This document shows, piece by piece, positions 17,218 to 26,973 of a stretch of DNA of 64,000 nt. Within the stretch, counting starts at the first letter, position 1. Each line of letters opens with the position of its first letter. The stretch is from Pseudomonadales bacterium (GTDB lineage Bacteria > Pseudomonadota > Gammaproteobacteria > Pseudomonadales > Azotimanducaceae): contig JBKAGC010000001.1 of NCBI GenBank assembly GCA_046290215.1, positions 2,936 to 66,935 on the forward strand, read 5' to 3'. The notes below the pieces were generated by a model that did not search any database, was not told where the DNA came from, and worked only from the letters and a program-made list of their open reading frames with translations. The position numbers were made by a program, and so were the translations under genes.

Positions 17218-20046
17218 TTAGTCTTTCTTGAAGGCTTCGCTGAGGATGCTGAGCTGTTGGCTGAGGAAATCCTCGGTGGTTTTTAGCTGGGATATAAGTC
17301 CGTCAGCGAAGGTGAACTGGCTCACCAGTTGAGCTTCAAATGCCTCGATGCGTTCATTAAGTTCAACTCGCGATTCTTCAACGCCAGCAAGCAGGTCTGA
17401 TAACGAATCCACTTTCACGTTGAGTAAGCCGTCGCTATCAAGCAAGTTATCGAACACCTCGCTCAATTTGTAAGCCGCACCCTGGATGTAACTCACCGTA
17501 CCCCGGGTACCAATGGACCCACCTATCACCCGGATTCTTAACCCGGCAGCATCGTTTTTATCACCAGTTGCATCGGTGCCCGCAGTACCGCCACCAATCG
17601 CAAAGCCAAACTGGCTAACCATATTTGCAGACAACTCGGTGAAGTTCATGGACGAGGCGATCCCCGTGGTACCCGATATCACGCCGTAAGTACCTAACCC
17701 TAAATCGAAATCTACACTAACGCTTTTCCCAGCGGCACTTAACACAGCGTCGCCATTGATGGCCGTTTCAAGAGCTGCCGCCAGCTCAGGCGCGGTGTTG
17801 TAGGTTCCCGCTGCTAATGAAATCGTGCCAGAAGCGATACCGTCAACATTTACCTTAAAGTCATAATCACCTGCTGACACCTCACCGGCAGAAACCGTTA
17901 GAGGTACATTCAAATCGTTAAGCACGCTACTTGTGACAAAACCTGGTTTTGCTGCTGCTTCACCTTCTGAGGCACGCAAGAACTGGCCGGTGCCCGTGGC
18001 CGCTTCGCCATTGATGGTACCCTTCACGTCTAAACCTGCACTTACCGTACCGACGCTGGCACCAAAACCTAACTGTGCTTCGGTATTGGTATCCACTGAG
18101 GAGAAGGAGATCGAACTCGTGGAACCATACTCGTTACTTTGGAATTCAAATCGCTGGCTATCTGAGTTGTAGCTTACCGTGACGGTATCACCGGCCTCTT
18201 CAACATTGGCGTCATTATTAATCCTAAGCTGGATCTCCTGCGCCAACAAACTCGCCGAGGCGTACTCCCCCTGACTTAAAGAGATCGTTTCTGACGTAAC
18301 GCCGTTAACGTTCACCACAAAGGAGTCATTGTCATCATCAATAGTAATAGGGTTATCCAGTGCGGCTACCGTTTCGCCCTGATAGTTACCCTGGGTGGCT
18401 ACCTGGGTTAGCTCAACCACATACGCACCCGGCTGGGTATCAAGACCGGTGTTAACTACTTCAATTAGAGGATCGGTAGATGATGTATTGGTGGCAAACA
18501 AACTCACCACCGCATCTGGGTTCTCCTCGATGGCGGCATTAAATTTGGTCGCATCGAACTCCAACAAGTAGTCGTTATCCTGGTTCGTGGTAATGCCCAC
18601 CTCGGACAAGGTACGAAACGATGAGTCCGTGATGCCATCCACCACGGTGTTCATCACATTACGGATTTGCGTATTAATGGTTCTAAGGGTTGAATCACCC
18701 AGCAGCAAGCCCCGCTCGCCTTGTTCCAGACTAAACGTGGTCAGTTCGTCGCTGATCACCTTTAGCTCGTTGTATGCATCTACGAATGACTCAATACGAG
18801 TGATAATACCAGAAGCATCACTGGCCAAATTCAAATTAATCGGTTTACCACTGTCAGCAGACTGCAGATTTAACGTCACGCCATTGATCACTTCAGTGAC
18901 CAGATTGGTTTCCCGGGTGACCGTTAAACCGTTCACTTCAATCTCAGCAGATTGCGCCGTCTGGGTTTGCACCAGGCTCCCATCAGTACCAAACCGTTGC
19001 CCTAAATTAGGATTCAAACCCAGCTCGCCGTTGTCCGCTGTCACCTCAATAGTCTGGTCAGTTCCGGTGGCAAGGGTAGTCAAGATCAAACCGCCGTCTT
19101 CTTCATCGATTGAAGCGACTACATCACCAGCAGACAAACCGGCTGCCACTAGCGCTGTATCGAGGGCTGCCTGAATCGCGATTCGATTGTCTTCCGCTGT
19201 ACCACCGCCGCCGCCAAGGTCTGTAGTGGCGTCTGCATCCACGGTGACATCGATATCCGTGGTAGCACCCACACTAAGAGTAAACGTGGCGTTGGTGCTG
19301 GCAAAATCAATGCCGGTGGATAGATCGGTAGAGCCACCCTCGGTAATTGCGCCAACGGCATCTGCACCATTGTAGGTGCCATTGTAAGCAAACTGCGATA
19401 AACCGCTGCCAGCATCGCCAGCAACGAGAATTTCCATGCTGTTGGCCACCCCTGGATCTTCTGTAGTGAGCAACAATCTAAAACCCGTACCGTCATTAAC
19501 GATACTCGCATCAACGCCGAAATCAGCGTTGTTAATGGCCGAACGTAGGGAAGACAAAGTGTTGTTACTGGAGTCAATTACCAGAGTTTTACTGGTCTTG
19601 CTCGTATCTAAATCAAAACTATCGTAATCGGCACCACTGTAATTGGTGGTACCAAAACGAAAGGTCAGCTCACCGGAGCCAACCACATCGGTAATGTTGT
19701 CGTAGGATTTGCTTACCAGCGAATGAGCTTGCGCTAACTGGTTGATGGTTACGGAATAAGAGCCGGCTTCTGCCAGGCTCGATGCGGTTGCCGTGAGGGC
19801 ACTAGAATCACTGGTGCTTGCGGCAATGGCTTGTAACGAACTAGGAGTACTCAAAGCATCGGAAGCGTTGCGAAACGTTTCCAGTGCACTGGTCACCGTA
19901 CCGAAAGCAGAGATTTCCGCTTCTAGCTCTTCCTTCTGTAAGTCGAGACGACGATCACTGGTGGCCCGTTCTGCAGCAACCAGATCATCCACCAACTCAG
20001 TGGTGAGAATGCCTGAACCTATACCTAATGATGAGATCGATGCCAC
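17218..20046 (-). CDS. fliD: flagellar filament cap protein FliD, unusually large
   Basis: 942 aa. The termini are FliD-like (MASISSLGIGSG...LDLQKEELEAEISAFG; C-terminal coiled coil). The middle region is long, T/S/G/D-rich and repetitive. Confidence 0.9.
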   Translation of the reverse strand: MASISSLGIGSGILTTELVDDLVAAERATSDRRLDLQKEELEAEISAFGTVTSALETFRNASDALSTPSSLQAIAASTSDSSALTATASSLAEAGSYSVTINQLAQAHSLVSKSYDNITDVVGSGELTFRFGTTNYSGADYDSFDLDTSKTSKTLVIDSSNNTLSSLRSAINNADFGVDASIVNDGTGFRLLLTTEDPGVANSMEILVAGDAGSGLSQFAYNGTYNGADAVGAITEGGSTDLSTGIDFASTNATFTLSVGATTDIDVTVDADATTDLGGGGGTAEDNRIAIQAALDTALVAAGLSAGDVVASIDEEDGGLILTTLATGTDQTIEVTADNGELGLNPNLGQRFGTDGSLVQTQTAQSAEIEVNGLTVTRETNLVTEVINGVTLNLQSADSGKPINLNLASDASGIITRIESFVDAYNELKVISDELTTFSLEQGERGLLLGDSTLRTINTQIRNVMNTVVDGITDSSFRTLSEVGITTNQDNDYLLEFDATKFNAAIEENPDAVVSLFATNTSSTDPLIEVVNTGLDTQPGAYVVELTQVATQGNYQGETVAALDNPITIDDDNDSFVVNVNGVTSETISLSQGEYASASLLAQEIQLRINNDANVEEAGDTVTVSYNSDSQRFEFQSNEYGSTSSISFSSVDTNTEAQLGFGASVGTVSAGLDVKGTINGEAATGTGQFLRASEGEAAAKPGFVTSSVLNDLNVPLTVSAGEVSAGDYDFKVNVDGIASGTISLAAGTYNTAPELAAALETAINGDAVLSAAGKSVSVDFDLGLGTYGVISGTTGIASSMNFTELSANMVSQFGFAIGGGTAGTDATGDKNDAAGLRIRVIGGSIGTRGTVSYIQGAAYKLSEVFDNLLDSDGLLNVKVDSLSDLLAGVEESRVELNERIEAFEAQLVSQFTFADGLISQLKTTEDFLSQQLSILSEAFKKD

Positions 20047-20190
20047 AGTTCATTACCTGAGTATTTGTTTGTCGAAAAAACGCCAAAATCGCAGCAGTGG
20101 TAACCACTACTACGATCCTGGTGGCTGCGAACCCCAACCTTCATGGCGGGGCCGCAGCGGTTACAACTTATTGTTTAAGCTAGTGCATCC

Positions 20191-20586
20191 TTACACTAAA
20201 GCGCTAAACAAAAGCAGTGGTTCTTCGTTATTCAATTTCTGTGCCAGACTCAAGGTTACCTCCTCGGGTATCTGACGAATCACTTCGTTCGACTGGCTAT
20301 CGATCACCGTAATCACCGATCGCCCGCTGTCCTCGTCAAGCGAGAACCTTAGGTCACGCTGCACAGATTGAATGTAGTCATTGAGTTGCGCCACTGCCTG
20401 CGCCACCTCTTGTCTACTCTCATCAGCTATTGCTGAAGTCTTCGCTGCGACATCCTTTGCCTCAGCTAGCGGCAATTTATTGCCACTTGAAACCACGGGA
20501 TTAGTACTCGCCTCCGTTCGTTCTCCACCCCGCGTCTCAGTACGCTGCCCAGCATTCGCTGCGCTTTGTGGATTAATGATAGTCAT
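20191..20586 (-). CDS. flaG: FlaG family protein
   Basis: 131 aa. The FlaG signature is present (...LRFSLDEDSGRSVITVIDSQSNEVIRQIPEE...). It lies between the flagellin and fliD. Confidence 0.85.
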   Translation of the reverse strand: MTIINPQSAANAGQRTETRGGERTEASTNPVVSSGNKLPLAEAKDVAAKTSAIADESRQEVAQAVAQLNDYIQSVQRDLRFSLDEDSGRSVITVIDSQSNEVIRQIPEEVTLSLAQKLNNEEPLLLFSALV

Positions 20587-20611
20587 AACGAACCTCGATG
20601 GGATTTGGTTG

Positions 20612-20654
20612 CTGGCGTTTTAGCCTGGATTTAACCTTTAAGTTAAAACGCCAG
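20612..20654 (-). other. 11-bp-stem hairpin between the flagellin stop and flaG
   Basis: CTGGCGTTTTA ... TAAAACGCCAG with a 21-nt loop. No U-tract follows. Confidence 0.5.
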
Positions 20655-20701
20655 TTTCCAGATCACTATTAAATGCTTCTCCAAAAAACCTTAGCGGCCT
20701 A

Positions 20702-23700
20702 TTACTGTAGTAGTGATAGAACCTGCTGAGGAGCAGCATTAGCCTGAGCGAGAATCGAGATACCAGCCTGCTGCAGTACCTGAGTTCGAGACAACTCGGC
20801 CGTTTCAGCGGCGAAGTCAGCGTCAAGAATTCGAGAGTTTGCAGCCTGCAGGTTCTCAACCGAAATCGACAGGTTATCGATGGTTGACTGCAAGCGGTTC
20901 TGAATCGCACCTAAGTTCGCTCGTTCGGATGATACCGAAGACAAAGCGTTATCAAGAGCGTCCAGGGCCGAAAGTGCACCGTCCACTGTAGAGATATCAA
21001 TCTCATTCAGGAACTGACCGCTATCTGCGCCGCCGTAAGTACCGGCTTTAATACCGAGACCTTCGAGACCACCGAAGCCGTCTTCACCCGTCGCACCGTT
21101 TGTACCAGCGGCCACAGTGAACTCGCTAGAAGATGACAAGCGGATGGTAGAAGAAGTGGTCGCTGCGACATCGGCGTAGCTTACGCCTTCTGCAGAGAAG
21201 TCAGCTTCTGCAATACCTTTGACACTAGAATCCAGACCAATGTTCAGACCGGTGAAGTTAGTGCCTAGAGTATCGATCGCCACAGATACGTTACGACCAT
21301 CCTCGGCAGTCAGCGTGATACCGCCACCGTTATCAGTTGCAACAACACCTGTTTGACCAGCAATCTGGTTGATCGCACTGATGGCGTTTGCGCGGTTAGT
21401 TTCTTTATCAGCACCCAGGGACAATTGACCCGCTGAGATACCGTTAATGTAAACCTCACCAGCATCGCCGTCGGCAACTCGATCCGTGTTGGCAGTACCA
21501 CCGCTAACCACAGTGGCGTTCACAGTCGCTGTGACACCTGTTGTTTCAGTTGAGCGGTTAATCGCAGCAGCGATCGCAATACCACTAGCGGCCTTGTTAG
21601 AGCTGTTGGCCAACTCATTAGAGGCTGTATCGTCAGAAGTACGTGAAGCCGCGATACTCACACCGTTGATGCGCAGGTCACCGTCGAGCAGGCTACGAAT
21701 GGTTTGAGTTTCATTTCCGTTCGCACCAGCCTGGGTGTTGATCACGCCGGCAGAAGCACTACCGTTGCCGTCGAAGCCCAGATCTGCGGCCGCGTTACCT
21801 GTGACAGCAACCACGTTGCCTTCACTGGCTTGAGTCACGTCGTTATCAGTGATGGTGATCACACCGTCTTCTGACAAGGTCGCAGTAGCGTTAGTCAGCT
21901 TGCTGTTTAACTCATCAACGATACCTTCGCGGTCTGTGTAGCTACCTTCCAGTGTAATCGTCTCGTCACCGCCTTGGAGGCCAGTGATGGTGAGCGTATT
22001 GTTTTGTGCTGGCTGATCACGACCGGTATCAGTGACACTAGTACCATTCACATTGGTTGTGATGTTGGTGTCAGAACCAGAGGCAGAGAAAGACAGCGTG
22101 TTGTAAGGCGTGGCATTACCATCACCAAGACCTAAAGCGTCAAGACCGCCACCTGCACTACCTTCAGTGAAGTTATCGATAGTGAAGGATACTCCGGCTC
22201 CAGCGTCGTTACCGGCGGTGAAGACCAGGAAGCCGTCGCTATCGAGGCTAGCAACAATATCGTTAGCATCATCAGTCACTGAATCCAGTGCTGTTTGGAT
22301 GTTAGCGATCAAAGCATCGTTGTTACCTGCTGCTGCAGTATCCAGGGTAACTGTCCCGGAAACTGGCGCTGAACCTGAACCATCATCGAAAGTGATGTCG
22401 AAGGTCACAGCTGCGTTTGCCGCATTGAAGTTGAAGGTATTATCAATCGCGGTGTCAGTGGCTTCTTTAATGGAAGCTTGTGGACCGGCGGCAGTGAAGT
22501 TTGTTGCCGTCACAGTACCTGTGTCAGCAATCTCCAGGCTGCTTGTGGTCCCAGCAGTATCAACAATCTCAATGGATGCATTGGCGTCGGTCTTGGTGTT
22601 GCTAAAGACCAGTTCACCGCTGTTGTTGACAGATACCAGAATGTCACCAGCACTGTAGCCGTTGACGCCACCACCGTAAGTGTTAGCTGCATCAGCTGCT
22701 GCGAAAGCTGCATCCAAACGAGTTTGAATATCCTGCACCAACTGGTTAGCTGTAGCGTTAGCCACACCACCACCAGCGTCCGCGACAGTGATAAAGTCAC
22801 CACCGTTGAAGGAAATATCAAAGCTGTAACCCGCGCCAGCGCCGTTTGACAGGTCAATCCCGGTTAGACCATCACCTCCAGCTGTGCTGGCAGTAGCGGC
22901 AAGGCCCACATCCTGAGCAATCTCAGGTCCGTAAGCGGCCTCGGTACCAGTTACATTCAAGGCAGCAAGGGCGTCAGCACTACCCACAAAGTTACCCACT
23001 GTGAGGTCAATATCTTCGCCTGTTGCACTGGTCTCGAATACCAGGTTGTTGTCCTGGTCGATAGAAGCAGTGACATTGGTGCCCAATGCAGACGCTGCAA
23101 TCTTGTCATTCACTTCGCTCAAGAAAGCTGCATCAGCATCATAATCAGAGCCTGTTGCAGTGAATGAGCTTGTGGTGGCAACACCAAGACCAGTCAAGCT
23201 ACCTGCAGTCTCAGATGCAAAACCAGACAGCTCGAACGACACGTCGCTGCCGCTATCGGCACTGGTGATCACAATGTTGTCATCAACAGTGTTGTAGGAA
23301 GCAATCAAGCTCTGGCTACCTAATGCGGTATCAAGAGAAGTCTGCAAGTTAGCCAGGAAAGCATCCATGTTAGCGGCCGCTGCAGTATTCAAGGTAGCAA
23401 CCGCTTCAGTAGTGACACCATCCGCTGTGTAAGACACGTTGAATGTTACCGCTTCGTTGTTACCGTTGAAGGATGTAGTTTCAGTTAAGGCACCACCGCT
23501 GAATGTTACTCGAGCAGCAGCATCGCCCTGGAACGTGCTGGAAGTTACTTCACCAGTCACACCAACTGTGTAGGCTGCGCCTTCACCTGTGGTTACGCTA
23601 GCGATCTGACCGTCGTTCGCACCGTTACCACCGTCAGCATCAATACCCAGCGTGGCTTCACCGGCTGTAGTTGCTGTGGTCAATACAATATTGTTACTAC

Positions 23701-25243
23701 TATCAATGCTAACTTTCACGTCGCCTGCTGTGTAAGCATCAGCGGCCGAGAAACCCACGTTAGCGGCAGCAAAAGCCGTATCAAGAGCGGTTTGTAAGTC
23801 AGAAACCAGACCCGCACCGGTAGTTACGTTACCAGCATTAGCAACAGTTGCTGTCACGCCGTTGTAAGTCAGGTCAAAGCTGATGTCACCTGCGTCTACC
23901 TGAGCAAATGCGCCTGTACCATCAACCGCAGAACCTGCACCAAACGTTGTCACATTATCACCATCGAGTGCGGTGCCCATGTCCAGGACAAGCGACGTAC
24001 CGCGAGGGCTGGCATCTGTATCCAGAGTAATGGTGTCGTTGGTGATAGTACCGTCGTTGTTCAAAGAGATGTCGAAAGAAACGTTGTTTCGATCAACCAG
24101 TGAACCATCGTCTCCGTAGAGGAAGTTAGTCACTGTACCGTCAAAATCAAACTCAAAGTCTGGGGCAGAACCTTCAGCTAGAGTTACTTTCGCAGTTTCA
24201 GTACCGCCAGCACCTGTGGCAACTACGCCAAGGGCACTAGACAGACCCAGAGCGTCTGCACCGGCGTTACCAGTAACAGCAGTGATCTCAAGACTCTTCT
24301 GAGAACCCTTAGGACCAGTGGTTAATGTCAGTTCATTGCTTTCAAAGCTAACCAACACTTCACCAGCGCCAAACGCGCCGTCTACCGCTGTTTGTAACGC
24401 TGCACGTAATTGCGCTTGAGTCGCATCGGTCACACCTGCAGAAGCTGCAGTGGAAACTGTCAAAGCTTCACCATTGTCGAGAGACAACTGGAACTCAACA
24501 CCACCAGCCTGATCCAGGCTAACACCAGTTGATGCAGTAGTTGTGTTTAAGCCAGCGCCGGTGCTCAGAACCGCCGAAGAAGCTTCGCCAGTTTCAAAAG
24601 CAACGGTGGACTCAGAGGCAGAACCCGCAGTAAAGCTGTTACCAGATGTATAGTAAACCGCTGCAAGGTTTTGCTCGCCAACAGTTGTAGCGTTTGCACC
24701 ATTGGTTGATACAGTACCTGTACCATCGGCGTCGTCTAGAGAGTAACCCAGGACAGAAGCAGCTTCTGCATTAGAAACTGCACCAGAACCACCGATGCCA
24801 GAAATTTCTAACACGCCGGCTTCAGCAGTATCGCGGCTGAAGACCAGATTGTTGTCAGCGTCCAAAGAAGCTGTGACACCAATGGTGGTGCTGGCATTTG
24901 TGATTGCAGTGTTGATGGCATCAACCAGTTCTTGTCCTGTAGACAAAGAGTTGATTGAGCTGCCGGCGCCCACTTCAACCGTCACAGTTTGCGCTGCCTG
25001 AGTTGCTGCACCAGAAACACTGATATCAAAGTTAATGCGGTTAGTGGCGCTAAGTACGTCGCCGCCGAGGGCTGAAGTATCAACTGCCGAACCACCTGTG
25101 GTCGAAGCCGCAACCGCGGCAACTACTGTGTCAGCGGAGATGACGTCTGCACCTTCACCAGTAGCACCTGATGTAATGCCAAGCGCACTAGCCACAGCAG
25201 CAGCATCAGTTGTACCGTTAGTACCGAAGTTTGAAACGGTCAA
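20702..25243 (-). CDS. fliC: giant flagellin, C-terminal 1513-codon fragment (no N-terminal D0/D1 domain)
   Basis: It ends with the canonical flagellin C-terminal domain (...ANLGAIQNRLQSTIDNLSISVENLQAANSRILDADFAAETAELSRTQVLQQAGISILAQANAAPQQVLSLLQ). The rest is a Cys- and Trp-free, T/S/G/A/D-rich repetitive region with IN motifs. Confidence 0.85.
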   Translation of the reverse strand: MTVSNFGTNGTTDAAAVASALGITSGATGEGADVISADTVVAAVAASTTGGSAVDTSALGGDVLSATNRINFDISVSGAATQAAQTVTVEVGAGSSINSLSTGQELVDAINTAITNASTTIGVTASLDADNNLVFSRDTAEAGVLEISGIGGSGAVSNAEAASVLGYSLDDADGTGTVSTNGANATTVGEQNLAAVYYTSGNSFTAGSASESTVAFETGEASSAVLSTGAGLNTTTASTGVSLDQAGGVEFQLSLDNGEALTVSTAASAGVTDATQAQLRAALQTAVDGAFGAGEVLVSFESNELTLTTGPKGSQKSLEITAVTGNAGADALGLSSALGVVATGAGGTETAKVTLAEGSAPDFEFDFDGTVTNFLYGDDGSLVDRNNVSFDISLNNDGTITNDTITLDTDASPRGTSLVLDMGTALDGDNVTTFGAGSAVDGTGAFAQVDAGDISFDLTYNGVTATVANAGNVTTGAGLVSDLQTALDTAFAAANVGFSAADAYTAGDVKVSIDSSNNIVLTTATTAGEATLGIDADGGNGANDGQIASVTTGEGAAYTVGVTGEVTSSTFQGDAAARVTFSGGALTETTSFNGNNEAVTFNVSYTADGVTTEAVATLNTAAAANMDAFLANLQTSLDTALGSQSLIASYNTVDDNIVITSADSGSDVSFELSGFASETAGSLTGLGVATTSSFTATGSDYDADAAFLSEVNDKIAASALGTNVTASIDQDNNLVFETSATGEDIDLTVGNFVGSADALAALNVTGTEAAYGPEIAQDVGLAATASTAGGDGLTGIDLSNGAGAGYSFDISFNGGDFITVADAGGGVANATANQLVQDIQTRLDAAFAAADAANTYGGGVNGYSAGDILVSVNNSGELVFSNTKTDANASIEIVDTAGTTSSLEIADTGTVTATNFTAAGPQASIKEATDTAIDNTFNFNAANAAVTFDITFDDGSGSAPVSGTVTLDTAAAGNNDALIANIQTALDSVTDDANDIVASLDSDGFLVFTAGNDAGAGVSFTIDNFTEGSAGGGLDALGLGDGNATPYNTLSFSASGSDTNITTNVNGTSVTDTGRDQPAQNNTLTITGLQGGDETITLEGSYTDREGIVDELNSKLTNATATLSEDGVITITDNDVTQASEGNVVAVTGNAAADLGFDGNGSASAGVINTQAGANGNETQTIRSLLDGDLRINGVSIAASRTSDDTASNELANSSNKAASGIAIAAAINRSTETTGVTATVNATVVSGGTANTDRVADGDAGEVYINGISAGQLSLGADKETNRANAISAINQIAGQTGVVATDNGGGITLTAEDGRNVSVAIDTLGTNFTGLNIGLDSSVKGIAEADFSAEGVSYADVAATTSSTIRLSSSSEFTVAAGTNGATGEDGFGGLEGLGIKAGTYGGADSGQFLNEIDISTVDGALSALDALDNALSSVSSERANLGAIQNRLQSTIDNLSISVENLQAANSRILDADFAAETAELSRTQVLQQAGISILAQANAAPQQVLSLLQ

Positions 25244-25354
25244 AGCAGTTCTGCAGAGTCACGAGAATCTGCAGGTTACCGTCATGTGACTTGCAGTGAC
25301 CGCAAGGGAATCACCAACAGAGCGTTGATGGCATCCGCCAGATCCTGAACGCTG

Positions 25355-26668
25355 TCACCGGTGGTTCTGAAACAGAAACCGTACCTGGTTCTTCCAGAAG
25401 TACCGCGGTGCGGATCGTAATGAACTCAAGGCGCCAGTTATCACCCAGAGTACCCACGCCCTGACTGTTACAGTGGCCTGCACTGCTGGTGTGTCAAAAG
25501 GCGCGCCATCTTCAGAGCAAGGCGCAACCGCTGCAGTATTAGCTGTGTAAGTGCCAGCAACCAGACCAGAGTTAGCAATGTCACCTGTGCTCTCAGAGAT
25601 CACAATGGCAGTACCGGAAGTTGTGGCGCTCAAGGTGTAACCACCAGAAGTCGTTTCCTGGGAGGTCAAACCGGTAGAAGCCGCAGAGAGATCACCGGAG
25701 CTAAATTCTAGTGTGATGTTTCGGCCATCGGCAGCTTCAAGGTTTACACCGCCAAACCGCGTTCCGGTATCAACAGCAATAACACCTGTTTCACCGCTTC
25801 GGGCGTTAATCGCAGAGACGATACCAGATCGGTCCGCCGCTTCGTCCACATCACCTGTGGCAATAGCGATTTCAACACCATTCAATGTGATAGAACCTGA
25901 AGTCGCGTTTGCACCACCGGATGCTTCGTTTTGCACACTACCTGCGGCAATGTTGGTCAAAACTTCAGCTTGTACACCTGATTGCTCAGTAGCACGGTTG
26001 ATGGCGGCGACTTTAGAGATCGCACTAGCAGGGGCGTTAGCAAAAGATGAAGTATCATCAGATGCTACAGATGGGCCGATAACAGCGCCATTGATTACAA
26101 GGTCACCGTTCGCGAGACCATTGCTTGAACCAATAGCACTGACACCAGCTGTTCGACCGCCACCTAAGTTAGAGGCTGTTAATTCAGCGATGCCGAAGCT
26201 CACTGTTTCACCAGCGTTTGCACCGACCTGGAAGGAAGCTGCAAAGTTACCGTCGAGCAAGTTAGTACCGTTAAAGTCGGTTTGCTCACCGGTTCGGGTA
26301 ATTTCAGAAATTAGCTGCTGTGCTTCCGCGTTCAATGCTTCACGGTCCACATCAGAGTTTGTCGCGTTAGAAGACTGCAAAGCCAGTTCACGTAGACGTT
26401 GCAATGAACTTGAAATCGAGTCCAAAGCACCTTCAGCAGTCTGTGCGAGGGAAATACCGTCCCCTGCGTTTCGAATCGCCACAGACAAACCTCTGATCTG
26501 TGAAGAGAAACGAGTGGAGATAGCAAGACCGGCCGCATCATCCTTCGCGCTGTTAATTCTGAGACCTGACGACAATCGCTCAAGCGAAGTCCGGTTAGCG
26601 GACTGCGATGAGTTTAGATTACGTTGAGCCGTCAGAGACGCAATATTCGTGTTAATAATTTGAGGCAT
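25355..26668 (-). CDS. fliC: giant flagellin, N-terminal fragment (no C-terminal domain; last ~60 codons out of character)
   Basis: It starts MPQIINTNIASLTAQRNLNSSQSANRTSLERLSSGLRINSAKDDAAGLAI..., the canonical flagellin N-terminal domain. It is in the same reading frame as 20702..25243 (coordinates congruent mod 3). Confidence 0.85.
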   Translation of the reverse strand: MPQIINTNIASLTAQRNLNSSQSANRTSLERLSSGLRINSAKDDAAGLAISTRFSSQIRGLSVAIRNAGDGISLAQTAEGALDSISSSLQRLRELALQSSNATNSDVDREALNAEAQQLISEITRTGEQTDFNGTNLLDGNFAASFQVGANAGETVSFGIAELTASNLGGGRTAGVSAIGSSNGLANGDLVINGAVIGPSVASDDTSSFANAPASAISKVAAINRATEQSGVQAEVLTNIAAGSVQNEASGGANATSGSITLNGVEIAIATGDVDEAADRSGIVSAINARSGETGVIAVDTGTRFGGVNLEAADGRNITLEFSSGDLSAASTGLTSQETTSGGYTLSATTSGTAIVISESTGDIANSGLVAGTYTANTAAVAPCSEDGAPFDTPAVQATVTVRAWVLWVITGALSSLRSAPRYFWKNQVRFLFQNHR

Positions 26669-26778
26669 GGTTTCTTACTCCATTAAGTCAGCGCTTGATT
26701 ACGCGTGACCGTTTGCTCAGTTAATCCAAGCACTTCCCAGAACAACAAAAACCGAAGAAGTACTACAGCTCATGACTA

Positions 26779-26805
26779 ATAACGACTGGCTGATAAATTC
26801 CTTTA
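26779..26805 (-). promoter_or_regulatory. sigma28 promoter candidate for the flagellin gene
   Basis: The minus strand reads TAAAg-N14-GTCGTTAT, about 110 nt upstream of the flagellin ATG. The -10 match is partial (5/8). Confidence 0.4.
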
Positions 26806-26849
26806 CAATTTTTTTTGATTTTTTTTGCGTGTCACGGAAGGGTGACAAA

Positions 26850-26864
26850 TGGCGCCAAAAGTGC
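26850..26864 (+). promoter_or_regulatory. weak sigma54 promoter candidate for the FliT-like/methyltransferase unit
   Basis: TGGCGCcaaaaGTGC fits GG-N10-GC, but the -12 element is imperfect. Confidence 0.3.
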
Positions 26865-26973
26865 GGCGGCGAGAAGGGAGAATTCAAGTCAAAGAAATGA
26901 CCCGGATCCCAGCAAGATTGAATATCTTGACTATACTCATAGATGTAGCGGCAAATTTATCGACAACTTGAGT

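Noticed and set aside
18587-19174. 195-aa plus-strand ORF, and the 142-aa alternative-frame ORF at 19149..19577, inside fliD
   Set aside because: These are shadow ORFs within the repetitive middle of fliD. They have no recognisable motifs, and the fliD frame is continuous and conserved at both ends.
25713-26627. 304-aa plus-strand ORF, plus others at 22110..22658, 22478..22849, 24795..25001 and 25035..25289, overlapping the flagellin gene
   Set aside because: These are antisense shadow ORFs of a long, compositionally biased gene. The minus-strand product has unmistakable flagellin domains. The plus-strand translations are low-complexity (P/S/A/R-rich) with no start context.
26815-26973. N-terminal 53 codons of the 170-aa track ORF upstream of the FliT-like gene
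   Set aside because: This stretch starts in a T-rich promoter-like region (ttttttttgattttttttgcg) and contains the promoter candidates. The internal ATG at 26974 gives a protein of the size expected for this family.
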